A DNA stretch of 32,000 nt, taken from the NCBI RefSeq assembly GCF_000698785.1, contig NZ_CP007536.1, positions 270,001 through 302,000 on the forward strand. The letters run 5' to 3'. The notes beneath the pieces are model-generated. The model saw nothing but the letters and a program-made list of their open reading frames with translations. It did no database searches and was not told the origin of the DNA. Source of the DNA: Nitrososphaera viennensis EN76 (GTDB lineage: Archaea > Thermoproteota > Nitrososphaeria > Nitrososphaerales > Nitrososphaeraceae). Positions 25,083-32,000 of this stretch are shown one piece after another; within the stretch, counting starts at the first letter, position 1, and every line of letters starts with the position of its first letter. A program made the translations under genes and the position numbers.

Positions 25083-25382
25083 TCAGACGATGAAACGCTT
25101 GAGATTTGACACCTGCAACCTGAAGAATGTCAGCACCTTGCGCTTTAAGATGGCGTGCTCGGCGTCTGAAAGCCCGCATGCGCACTTGTTGTTCTTGCTG
25201 TCCATGCTGTGCGCCTCCGCCACCGCGTACACCTTGGCTATTTTGTCCCTTGCCTGGGAAAAATCGTACAGGCCCTCGACTCCGTGGGCGTGCTCCAGCA
25301 TGTCCAGTAGGTTCACAGTCGTGAGCCACGCGTCTGCGACGGTGTCGCCTTCGCCCACATCAAAAACGTCTGCTATGGACAA
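25083..25382 (-). CDS. Hypothetical soluble protein (99 aa) directly upstream of ctaB
   Basis: This is an open frame with a TTG start and a 22-nt gap to ctaB. It has an acidic N-terminus and a CAC motif. I recognise no family, so it may be spurious. Confidence 0.3.
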   Translation of the reverse strand: MSIADVFDVGEGDTVADAWLTTVNLLDMLEHAHGVEGLYDFSQARDKIAKVYAVAEAHSMDSKNNKCACGLSDAEHAILKRKVLTFFRLQVSNLKRFIV

Positions 25383-25461
25383 GATAGTATTATCAGCAGC
25401 AAGTCCTGCAAAACGCGGACATTAAGGCGCGCAGTCAACAATTTTAGAGGTGCAGAAAAGA

Positions 25462-25469
25462 TTAATTAT
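25462..25469 (+). promoter_or_regulatory. TATA-like box TTAATTAT upstream of the blue-copper gene
   Basis: It is centred about 30 nt upstream of the ATG at 25496. Confidence 0.4.
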
Positions 25470-25495
25470 GCCAAAAATGCCCACCATAACCAAAC

Positions 25496-26785
25496 ATGAC
25501 TGACTGGGACCTGCTGACACCCGGTATTGGTCTTACGTCCATCGGCATTGTTGGCGTAGGCATATCGCTTTCTGGCATTGCCAAGACTTTCATCGACGGC
25601 ATGCACGCAGTCTCCCTTCTTACCATGTTCATCGGGATGATATTTCTCGCCTCCGGGCTCTTCAAGGACGGCTTTCCATCGACCGGCAGGGCCAAGTCCG
25701 CGACGTTTATCACGCTTGGCTTTCTAGTGACCTTTGGTGTCGCCGCCGCAGTAACTGTGAGCGTCCAGGTCCCGACAATCTTTGCGTACATTGGCCTCAT
25801 GGCCATGATTGGAATACCCGGGGCAGTCCTTGCCGTCACGTCGTTCAGAAAGCCACAGTACGTCAAGGCTATGGGCGTGATATTCATCGCAGGAGCCGCG
25901 GTAGGAGGCATTACGTTCTACGCGTTTGGCCTCGTGACGCCCAAGCCTCCTCAACCCGCTGAGGAAGAGCAGCCTGCCGCTCCTGCGGCGCCGGCGGCCC
26001 CGCCGGCAAACGTCATCAAGGCAAGCATTCCTGCAGGCGCCTCCGCGCAGGGCAACCCTAGCTATGATCCTGACCCGCTGAGCGTTGCCAAGGGCGACGG
26101 CGTAGAGTGGACCAACAACGACAACGTGCCGCATACCGTCACGAGCAAGGCTGACAATGGCGAGATGTTCAACTCTAACATTATCGCTGCAAGCAAGACC
26201 TACCTTCTCAACACCGCCGACATTGCAGAAGGCGATTATCAATACTATTGCACCCTGCACCCGTTCATGGAAGGCACGCTAAAGGTCGGAGCGGCCGGTA
26301 CCTCTTCTGGCGCCGGCGCCCAAGGAAACGCGACTTCAAGCGGTACTAACGCAACGGCTGGTGGCGCGAACGCCGCTGCAAGCGGAGAAAATGCTACTGC
26401 AGCAGGAACAACGACCGCAAATGAGACAAACGCCACTACCGGATCTGCTCCTGGTGCGACCGCTGGTTCCCCAACAGCCGGGGCAACAGTCACCAAAGTT
26501 TCAATAGTTCTGGGCTCGTCTACTCCCACCAATGGCGAGTATTACGTACCTGCAGAAGTCAAAACGGCGGTAGGGAGCATGGTGACTTGGACCAACAACG
26601 ACAACGTGCCGCACACCGTGACGTCGGGCAAGGTAATAGACAATACGCCTACTCCTGACAAGGTGTTTGATTCTGGCATTATGAATGCTGGCGCCAGCTA
26701 TCCATACGTCTTTGAAAAGGCGGGCGCGTATGACTATTACTGCATGTTGCACCCGTACATGGTCGGCAAGGTAACGGTCAGCTGA
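25496..26785 (+). CDS. Polytopic membrane protein (about 5 TM) fused to two amicyanin/plastocyanin-like type-1 copper (cupredoxin) domains
   Basis: There are five N-terminal hydrophobic helices followed by a Pro/Ala linker. Domain 1 is VEWTNNDNVPHTVTS...YYCTLHPFMEGTLKV. Next comes an Ala/Gly/Thr/Asn linker. Domain 2 is VTWTNNDNVPHTVTS...YYCMLHPYMVGKVTV. The C-x2-H-x2-M loop resembles the amicyanin CTPHPFM copper loop. Confidence 0.8.
   Translation: MTDWDLLTPGIGLTSIGIVGVGISLSGIAKTFIDGMHAVSLLTMFIGMIFLASGLFKDGFPSTGRAKSATFITLGFLVTFGVAAAVTVSVQVPTIFAYIGLMAMIGIPGAVLAVTSFRKPQYVKAMGVIFIAGAAVGGITFYAFGLVTPKPPQPAEEEQPAAPAAPAAPPANVIKASIPAGASAQGNPSYDPDPLSVAKGDGVEWTNNDNVPHTVTSKADNGEMFNSNIIAASKTYLLNTADIAEGDYQYYCTLHPFMEGTLKVGAAGTSSGAGAQGNATSSGTNATAGGANAAASGENATAAGTTTANETNATTGSAPGATAGSPTAGATVTKVSIVLGSSTPTNGEYYVPAEVKTAVGSMVTWTNNDNVPHTVTSGKVIDNTPTPDKVFDSGIMNAGASYPYVFEKAGAYDYYCMLHPYMVGKVTVS
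26108..26133. repeat. 26-nt perfect repeat between the two cupredoxin domains (copy 1)
   Basis: TGGACCAACAACGACAACGTGCCGCA is identical to 26588-26613. Confidence 0.8.
26588..26613. repeat. 26-nt perfect repeat between the two cupredoxin domains (copy 2)
   Basis: It is identical to 26108-26133. Confidence 0.8.
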
Positions 26786-26859
26786 CAGACGCAGACGGCC
26801 CGCAAAAAAGCATAGCCCTTTCAGCAGCCCATCTTCAAGAGCTGGAGCAGCTTGCAAGG

Positions 26860-27195
26860 ATGTCCATGCCAAACGAGTCGTGCGCCTTTCTTCTTGGCAG
26901 CGGGCAGGACAAGATTGTAATAGCCGAGATACTGCCGGTGAAAAACGCCCATGCGACGTACGCGTCGTTTGAGATACCGCCGGACGATCTACTAAAGGCC
27001 TACGATTATGCCGAGCGCGCCGGCCTGCAGGTTGCCGGCATATTCCACTCGCACCCGTCGTCGCCCTCGCCTTCCCGGACCGACGTGTGCTTTATGGAGA
27101 TAAACCCTGTCGTGTGGGTCATCTACTCGACCACTGAGGGCAGGTTTGCCGCATGGGTGTTTGAGGAAAGTGTCCGAGAAGTGGATATGGTGTAA
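26860..27195 (+). CDS. JAB1/MPN/Mov34 (JAMM) metalloprotease-domain protein, minimal stand-alone form
   Basis: The catalytic Glu lies in PNESCAFLLG. The motif is HSHPSSPSPSRTD (HxH...S..D), with spacing one residue shorter than the textbook HxHx7Sx2D. Length is 111 aa from the first ATG. Confidence 0.7.
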   Translation: MSMPNESCAFLLGSGQDKIVIAEILPVKNAHATYASFEIPPDDLLKAYDYAERAGLQVAGIFHSHPSSPSPSRTDVCFMEINPVVWVIYSTTEGRFAAWVFEESVREVDMV

Positions 27196-27212
27196 AAAGA
27201 AAGAAAGGAAGA

Positions 27213-28508
27213 CTAGGGCGTCAGCCTGTCAGTGTCCCTTGGGTAAAGGACCACGTCGCGCACGTTCTGCGAGCCTGTCAGCACCATCATCAGCCTGTCG
27301 TAGCCAAGGCCCCACCCAGAGTGCGGGGGCATGCCCCAGTCAAACGCCTTGAGGTGCTCGGAAAAGCTTGCTGGGTTCAGGCCCTGCTCGACAAGCCTGC
27401 TTCTCAGGCGCTCGGGGTCGTGCAGCCTGCGGCCGCCTGACACGAGTTCAAGGTAGCCGTGCTGCAGGTCAAACGACTTGGACAGCTTTTCGTTGCCTTC
27501 TTTTTCGTGGATGTAGAACGGCTTTAGTTTCAGTGGCCAGTCCATGATGAAATAGAATCCCCTGTGCATCTCGCCCAGCTTGCGGAGCGCCGCGTCCGAC
27601 AGGTCGTCGCCAAACGAGAGCTTTTCACCTTCCTTGACCAGCTCGTCAAGGCACTGCTCGTACGTGAGCCTGTCTATCTTTTTGTTGCTGCCAAACGGGA
27701 TCTCTTGTACGCCTGCCGCTGCAAGTTCTACCCTGTGGTTCTCGTTAAAGTCGCGGATCACGTTTCCCACCACCTTTTCCACAAGGTCCATCACATCCTC
27801 GTAGTCGAGAAACGCCGCCTCGACGTCGATGCTTGTAAACTCGGTCAGGTGCCTGACTGTGTGCGAGTTTTCAGCCCGGAAATAGGGGCCTATCTCAAAA
27901 ACTCTGTCAAGACCCAGCGTTAACTGTTCCTTGTAAAGCTGCGGGCTCTGGGCCAGGTACGCCTTGCGCTTAAAGTAGTCAAACCCAAAGAGGTTTGCGC
28001 CTCCCTCACTTGCGCTCCCGATTATCTTGGGGGTGTTGACTTCGACAAAGCCCTCTCCTCTCAGGGTGTCCCTTACTACCTTGAGGCCCGCAGAGCGCAG
28101 GTGGAATATCGCTGCAGTTTTTGGGTTTCTCAGGTCAAGCGCCCTTGCGTCAAGCCTCTTGTCCGGAGCCGACTCTACCCTGCCCGTCGGGTCGATTGGA
28201 AGCGGGTGGACCGCTTTTGTAAGTATCGCAAACTCTGCTACCTTGACTTCTACCGGGAAATCCTTGGCCTTGCTCTTTTGCACGGTTCCGGCAATAATAA
28301 CCGCGCTCTGCCGCGGAGCCTGCACGGCCGCCTGCACGTTGTCGCCTGTCACTATCGCCTGGCAGGCGCCGGTGACGTCACGGATCGTCACAAACGCGAG
28401 CTTGCCAATGTCGCGCACGTCCTCTATCCAGCCTCCTATCCTCACCTGCTTGCCTACTAGGTCCTCGCCAAGCTGGCGTGCGTAATGCGTTCTGTGTATG
28501 TCAACCAT
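27213..28508 (-). CDS. aspS: Aspartyl-tRNA synthetase, archaeal type (class IIb); discriminating status unknown
   Basis: The N-terminal OB anticodon-binding domain is VRIGGWIEDVRDIGKLAFVTIRD. Class II motifs are FEIGPYFRAE, GGRRLHD and GWGLGYDRLMM. Length is 431 aa and the start is ATG. Confidence 0.9.
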   Translation of the reverse strand: MVDIHRTHYARQLGEDLVGKQVRIGGWIEDVRDIGKLAFVTIRDVTGACQAIVTGDNVQAAVQAPRQSAVIIAGTVQKSKAKDFPVEVKVAEFAILTKAVHPLPIDPTGRVESAPDKRLDARALDLRNPKTAAIFHLRSAGLKVVRDTLRGEGFVEVNTPKIIGSASEGGANLFGFDYFKRKAYLAQSPQLYKEQLTLGLDRVFEIGPYFRAENSHTVRHLTEFTSIDVEAAFLDYEDVMDLVEKVVGNVIRDFNENHRVELAAAGVQEIPFGSNKKIDRLTYEQCLDELVKEGEKLSFGDDLSDAALRKLGEMHRGFYFIMDWPLKLKPFYIHEKEGNEKLSKSFDLQHGYLELVSGGRRLHDPERLRSRLVEQGLNPASFSEHLKAFDWGMPPHSGWGLGYDRLMMVLTGSQNVRDVVLYPRDTDRLTP

Positions 28509-28516
28509 GGCCTTAT

Positions 28517-29101
28517 CTATCTCTGCTCAAACTCTACTAAAAGTTCAATGTTTCTGACGGCCTTGGCTATCTTTCGAACCTTTTCAACATTGATCTTTTG
28601 GTTGCTGCTGCTTCTGCCTGCCACCACGGCCTTGGTCAGCTTGTTGCCGTCTGGAAGGTAGAACTGGTTTACCGAGAGCACTCTTGCAGGGTAGAACAGG
28701 CTCTCTACAAGCCCGCGCTCTGACGCCTCTGACTCGACGTAGTGCACCTTGTGCCCGAATTCTTTTTCTATCCTTTCTGCAAGCGACGGGTTGGCCCTGA
28801 CCGACATCACGTCCTGCCCTCTCAGGACAAGGACATAATCATCGTCCACTCTTGCGCCTCTGGCCAGCGTGAACCTGTCGATGTCCTGATTCTTGTTGGC
28901 CACCCTTGTTAATGTTACCGCAGCGTCTACATCGTCCTGTGTAATGCTGCCTGCATGCAACTTTTCATCGCATCTGGCGCACAGGACGCCGCTTTTTGCG
29001 TCAAAGGGGCAGATAGGAGTCTTCAATGAGGCGGAACTTGCATAATGGCAAGCGCCGGTTATATAACCGCTCGGGGCGCAATGCACCCTTTTGGCAGTCA
29101 T
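28517..29101 (-). CDS. Putative Zn-ribbon plus NusA-like double-KH-fold RNA-binding protein, probably co-transcribed with aspS
   Basis: CPFDAKSGVLCARCDEKL forms a zinc knuckle pair. The remainder is colinear, from memory, with archaeal NusA-like KH proteins, but the GXXG loops are degenerate. There is an 8-nt gap to aspS. The true start could be the TTG at 29026. Confidence 0.4.
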   Translation of the reverse strand: MTAKRVHCAPSGYITGACHYASSASLKTPICPFDAKSGVLCARCDEKLHAGSITQDDVDAAVTLTRVANKNQDIDRFTLARGARVDDDYVLVLRGQDVMSVRANPSLAERIEKEFGHKVHYVESEASERGLVESLFYPARVLSVNQFYLPDGNKLTKAVVAGRSSSNQKINVEKVRKIAKAVRNIELLVEFEQR

Positions 29102-29182
29102 TGAGATACTGAAAAGTCAAGGGTACAAGGATGAATATCTGCTCGATTAAATATTATGAAGATGTTTGGGCATATTTCTGAG

Positions 29183-29193
29183 AATTATTGATT
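29183..29193. repeat. 11-bp direct repeat AATTATTGATT, copy 1, in an AT-rich divergent intergenic region
   Basis: It is identical to 29244-29254, 61 bp away. Confidence 0.6.
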
Positions 29194-29243
29194 CCAAATA
29201 AACGATTCTCAAAATACTAAAAACGTTATTAGGATGGGATTGT

Positions 29244-29254
29244 AATTATTGATT
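29244..29254. repeat. 11-bp direct repeat AATTATTGATT, copy 2
   Basis: It is identical to 29183-29193 and ends 6 nt before the ATG at 29260. Confidence 0.6.
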
Positions 29255-29259
29255 GCCAT

Positions 29260-29610
29260 ATGTCATATCAAAAGATCCATCACGATGTTATGAGTCTCGA
29301 CCCAAAAATCAGGCTAGTCACGATTTGTGACATGGACGGCAAGATCCTATTCTCTGACCATAGGTCAGGTGTACAAAATCTTCTTACGCCAGAAGAGAGC
29401 AGAAAATCACTCGATCTGGCTATCAAAGCATGGAAAACGCGCAGCGAGCTTGCACCAAAAATAGGAAAGGGAAAGTACGTATTGGCAGAATACGAAAAAA
29501 TCAAGCGCATCACAATGCCGCTTGACGATAATCATCTGCTGTACGTGACTACAGAGGTTGATGCCGATCATTCAAAAATAATCGACTCGATAAGCAAGCT
29601 CAGAAAGTAG
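29260..29610 (+). CDS. Hypothetical 116-aa protein, tentatively Roadblock/LC7-like in size and pattern
   Basis: It has an ATG start. Its composition is noticeably more AT-rich than neighbouring genes. The pattern IRLVTICDMDGKILFS...LLYVTT resembles small alpha/beta regulatory domains, but this is a weak call. Confidence 0.4.
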   Translation: MSYQKIHHDVMSLDPKIRLVTICDMDGKILFSDHRSGVQNLLTPEESRKSLDLAIKAWKTRSELAPKIGKGKYVLAEYEKIKRITMPLDDNHLLYVTTEVDADHSKIIDSISKLRK

Positions 29611-29677
29611 TAAGCGATCTGTTATATTTTTCCAGCTTCAATACCCTCTTATACCGTGTGAGGCGCTTTTACGCTAT

Positions 29678-30670
29678 ATGCCCTCTACTGCCGGGGACTC
29701 GAACAAGAAACTTGCCGTCAGGGGCCTTTCCGCATACTACCTGACAGAGAGGGGCCCGGTCAAGGCAGTCGACGCAGTCAACTTTGCGCTTTCAGAGAGC
29801 GAGTCGCTTGGCATAGTGGGCGAGTCTGCGTGCGGCAAGAGCACGCTTGGGTCCGCGCTCATGCGCTCTATGCAGCCTCCCGGCAAGATTGTAGGGGGAG
29901 CAATCGTCCTTGGCGGTGACGATATCGTCAAGATGTCAGACCGCGAATTTGGGAAAAAGGTCCGCTGGAAGAAAATAGCCATGGTTTTCCAGGGTGCCAT
30001 GAACGCGCTTGACCCCGTCTACACCGTGGGCAGCCAGCTCAAAGAGATTCTGGAAGAGCACGGCTTTGAGGGAGATGTTGACGCCAAGGTTTTAGAGTCG
30101 CTAAAGCAGGTGGGTCTGGCGCCCGCAGTTGCATCGCGCTATCCACATGAGCTGTCCGGCGGCATGAAGCAGCGCGTGGTGATTGCGATGGCGCTTTTGC
30201 TAGAGCCTGACCTGCTGATTGCAGACGAGCCGACCACCGCGCTTGACGTGCTTGTGCAGTCGCAGATCATTGCGCTATTGAAAAAGCTGCACAGGGAAAA
30301 AGGGGTCACGGTGATCCTTATCAGCCACGACCTTGCCCTCGTGTCGCAAGTTGCAGACAAGATAGGGATAATGTACGCCGGCCAGCTGGTCGAGATCGGC
30401 TCGACGCAAGACATTTACAAAAACCCCAAGCACCCGTACACTCAGGCGCTGATAGCTGCGGTGCCAAGACTGCATTCGGGCGAGAAAAAGATCCGCTTTA
30501 TACCCGGCAGCCCGCCCAGCCTGCTTGACCCGCCGGCCGGCTGCAGGTTCTACCCCCGCTGCCCGCACGCAATGGAGGTGTGCAAGCAGGACCCTCCAGA
30601 GTTTGAGACAGACACCGGCTATGTCAGATGCTGGCTCTACGACCCAACCTTAAAAAGTATGTCGCACTGA
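29678..30670 (+). CDS. ABC transporter ATP-binding protein of the oligopeptide/dipeptide (OppD/DppD) subfamily
   Basis: Walker A is GESACGKST, the signature is LSGGMKQRV and Walker B is LLIADEPTTALD, with H-loop SHDL. The Opp-type C-terminal extension has CRFYPRCPHAMEVC. Confidence 0.85.
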   Translation: MPSTAGDSNKKLAVRGLSAYYLTERGPVKAVDAVNFALSESESLGIVGESACGKSTLGSALMRSMQPPGKIVGGAIVLGGDDIVKMSDREFGKKVRWKKIAMVFQGAMNALDPVYTVGSQLKEILEEHGFEGDVDAKVLESLKQVGLAPAVASRYPHELSGGMKQRVVIAMALLLEPDLLIADEPTTALDVLVQSQIIALLKKLHREKGVTVILISHDLALVSQVADKIGIMYAGQLVEIGSTQDIYKNPKHPYTQALIAAVPRLHSGEKKIRFIPGSPPSLLDPPAGCRFYPRCPHAMEVCKQDPPEFETDTGYVRCWLYDPTLKSMSH

Positions 30671-30686
30671 GAGCAGGTGCCCCGCT

Positions 30687-32000
30687 GTGTCAATCCTGTC
30701 ATACTTTCCGCTAGGCCAGATGCGCGAAAAGCAGCGCTCCGTGCTTCTGGAGATAGAGTCAGCCCTAAAGTCCGGATACAAGAACATCTTTCTTGAGGCG
30801 CCCACCGGCTTTGGCAAGACGCCGGTGGCGATCACGATCGCAAGGTACCTCGGAAGCTCGCACATATGCACCGCTACAAAGGACCTCCAGGCCCAGTACA
30901 AGCGCGACTTTCCGTTCATCTTTGAGGTAAAGGGGCGTGCCAATTTCCCGTGCATCGTCAAGGAGGACATGGGCCTTGCAGAGAACTGCGACTATGGCCC
31001 CTGTGTACAGGACGACTCGTACGACTGTGCGTACAAGACGCGGCTTTTGGACTACAAGGTCGCCGGGGAGGGGACGGCCGGCGAGCAGGTCAGGCTGGAC
31101 CCGCTCGCCGAAAAGACGTACATTGACAAGCTGAAAAAGCAGTCCAAGATTGTGGAACTCGAATGGCGGCCGTGCCACTACTTCCACCAGCGGTGGATTG
31201 GCGCAAAGGCAAGCCACACAGTCTACAACTACCGCTACTTTCTGTCCGACATTTTCTACACCGGGACCACGCAAAAGCGCAAGCTCTTGGTGATGGACGA
31301 GGCGCACCAGATAGAGTCTGAGGTAGGCGACTTTCGCAGTTTCACCATCCACAAGAACGCGCTGCGCTTCCTCCCCCGGGTGCAGATGCCGGAGAAAAAC
31401 GTCGAGGACGTCGAGCCGTGGATGGAGTTCTGCTCGTCCCTTAAGGACAAGATGCTAAAATTCATCGAACAGGCGACAGACGCCATCGAGCGGGGCAAGG
31501 TCGCCGAGCCGTACACCGAGCGCAACCTGATAGAAGCGATATCAAAGGAGAAGAACCTTGAAGCGCTGCTGTTCGACATGCGCTCAAACAAAAAGAACTG
31601 GATAGTGTCAAGCATCCAGCGCGACGCGCAGAACCAGCTGACGCGTGCCACGCTGACCCCACTTGAAACCTCCGGCTACTTTGGCGACATACTCGACAAG
31701 GGGACGATAAACCTGTTCATGAGCGCGACCATACTCTCAAAAGACTATTTGTGCAAGGTCTCCGGGCTAAAGCCGGATCATGTCAAGTTCGTCCAGGTAC
31801 GCGACTCGGACTTTCCAGTGAAAAACAGGCCGATACACCTGATGAACGTGGCGTGGCTCAACGCCCGGTCGATGCAGGAAAGCATGCCCAAAATCGCCAA
31901 GGCTGTAGACAACATCATGACGATACACAAGAACGAAAAGGGCATAATCCACACGACGTCGTATTCGCAGCTGCAGTACATCCGCGACAACATCAGTCGG
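30687..32000 (+). CDS. XPD/Rad3/DinG-family superfamily-2 DNA helicase, 3'-truncated by the window edge (not present in the supplied ORF track)
   Basis: My own translation from GTG at 30687 (or ATG at 30720) is open to position 32000 (438 codons). Walker A is LEAPTGFGKT and the DEAH box is LLVMDEAHQIE. A five-Cys segment lies between them (FPC-x11-C-x4-C-x7-C ... RPC), consistent with an Fe-S domain. The later motif is NLFMSATI. The track ORFs on the opposite strand here are shadows. Confidence 0.75.
   Translation, partial: MSILSYFPLGQMREKQRSVLLEIESALKSGYKNIFLEAPTGFGKTPVAITIARYLGSSHICTATKDLQAQYKRDFPFIFEVKGRANFPCIVKEDMGLAENCDYGPCVQDDSYDCAYKTRLLDYKVAGEGTAGEQVRLDPLAEKTYIDKLKKQSKIVELEWRPCHYFHQRWIGAKASHTVYNYRYFLSDIFYTGTTQKRKLLVMDEAHQIESEVGDFRSFTIHKNALRFLPRVQMPEKNVEDVEPWMEFCSSLKDKMLKFIEQATDAIERGKVAEPYTERNLIEAISKEKNLEALLFDMRSNKKNWIVSSIQRDAQNQLTRATLTPLETSGYFGDILDKGTINLFMSATILSKDYLCKVSGLKPDHVKFVQVRDSDFPVKNRPIHLMNVAWLNARSMQESMPKIAKAVDNIMTIHKNEKGIIHTTSYSQLQYIRDNISR

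Noticed and set aside
25466-25501. An 11-codon upstream mini-ORF (ATGCCAAAAATGCCCACC...TGA) overlapping the start of the blue-copper gene
   Set aside because: It begins inside the putative TATA box, so it would not be transcribed from that promoter. It is too short and unsupported.
26290-26500. A low-complexity Ala/Gly/Thr/Asn-coding stretch that looks repetitive at the DNA level, considered as a tandem repeat or CRISPR-like array
   Set aside because: It has no regular repeat-spacer periodicity. It is in frame within the blue-copper gene and codes for a linker rich in N-x-T sequons.
30650-31651. Three minus-strand track ORFs (106, 195 and 131 aa) at the 3' end of the window
   Set aside because: They lie antisense to a continuous + frame with Walker A and DEAH helicase motifs. 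Their sequences are low-complexity and Arg/Val/Leu-rich.
1-32000. A search by eye of all intergenic gaps for tRNA, rRNA, riboswitch-like or CRISPR structures
   Set aside because: The longest non-coding gaps are 158 bp at 29102-29259 and about 110 bp at 25383-25495. They are AT-rich promoter-like spacers without cloverleaf-type complementarity or repeat arrays. A covariance-model scan would be needed to exclude small ncRNAs.

Overview
Dense archaeal chromosomal segment with about 37 protein-coding genes on both strands and very short intergenic spacers. The gene content includes archaeal Pth2, aEF-1beta, Alba, NreA, Cdc48, a geranylgeranyl reductase, CTP-type riboflavin kinase/RibL, heme O synthase and amicyanin-like blue-copper proteins. 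With the moderately high GC, this points by inference to an ammonia-oxidising thaumarchaeon (Nitrososphaera-like); I cannot verify this without a database. I saw no rRNA, tRNA or CRISPR array by eye. There is one clearly mobile element: an intact 1028-bp IS481-family insertion sequence (4032-5059) with 52-bp imperfect terminal inverted repeats and a perfect 6-bp TCTAGG target duplication. It sits exactly at the stop codon of a small Cys-rich ORF and about 10 bp upstream of the proS TATA-like box. The best candidate for an undescribed system is a tightly packed minus-strand array (11538-15660). It runs radical SAM/SPASM-like enzyme, then a CysRS/MshC-like ligase, then a GNAT acetyltransferase, then myo-inositol-1-phosphate synthase. 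The ligase lacks the anticodon-binding domain and has two of the four canonical zinc/thiolate-site ligands substituted. The array resembles the Ino1/MshC/MshD logic of mycothiol biosynthesis, but with a rewired ligase active site and an unexplained radical SAM partner. Other notable points follow. Two flavin-cofactor enzymes each carry an N-terminal winged-helix domain (RbkR-type RibK and a RibL-like FAD synthetase). Two real genes are missing from the supplied ORF track: a 57-aa zinc ribbon, and an XPD/DinG-like helicase that runs off the 3' edge. One polytopic membrane protein carries two amicyanin-like cupredoxin domains. At least seven conserved genes can only start at TTG, each about 25-35 nt downstream of a TATA-like box. 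Start codons are less certain than stops throughout.
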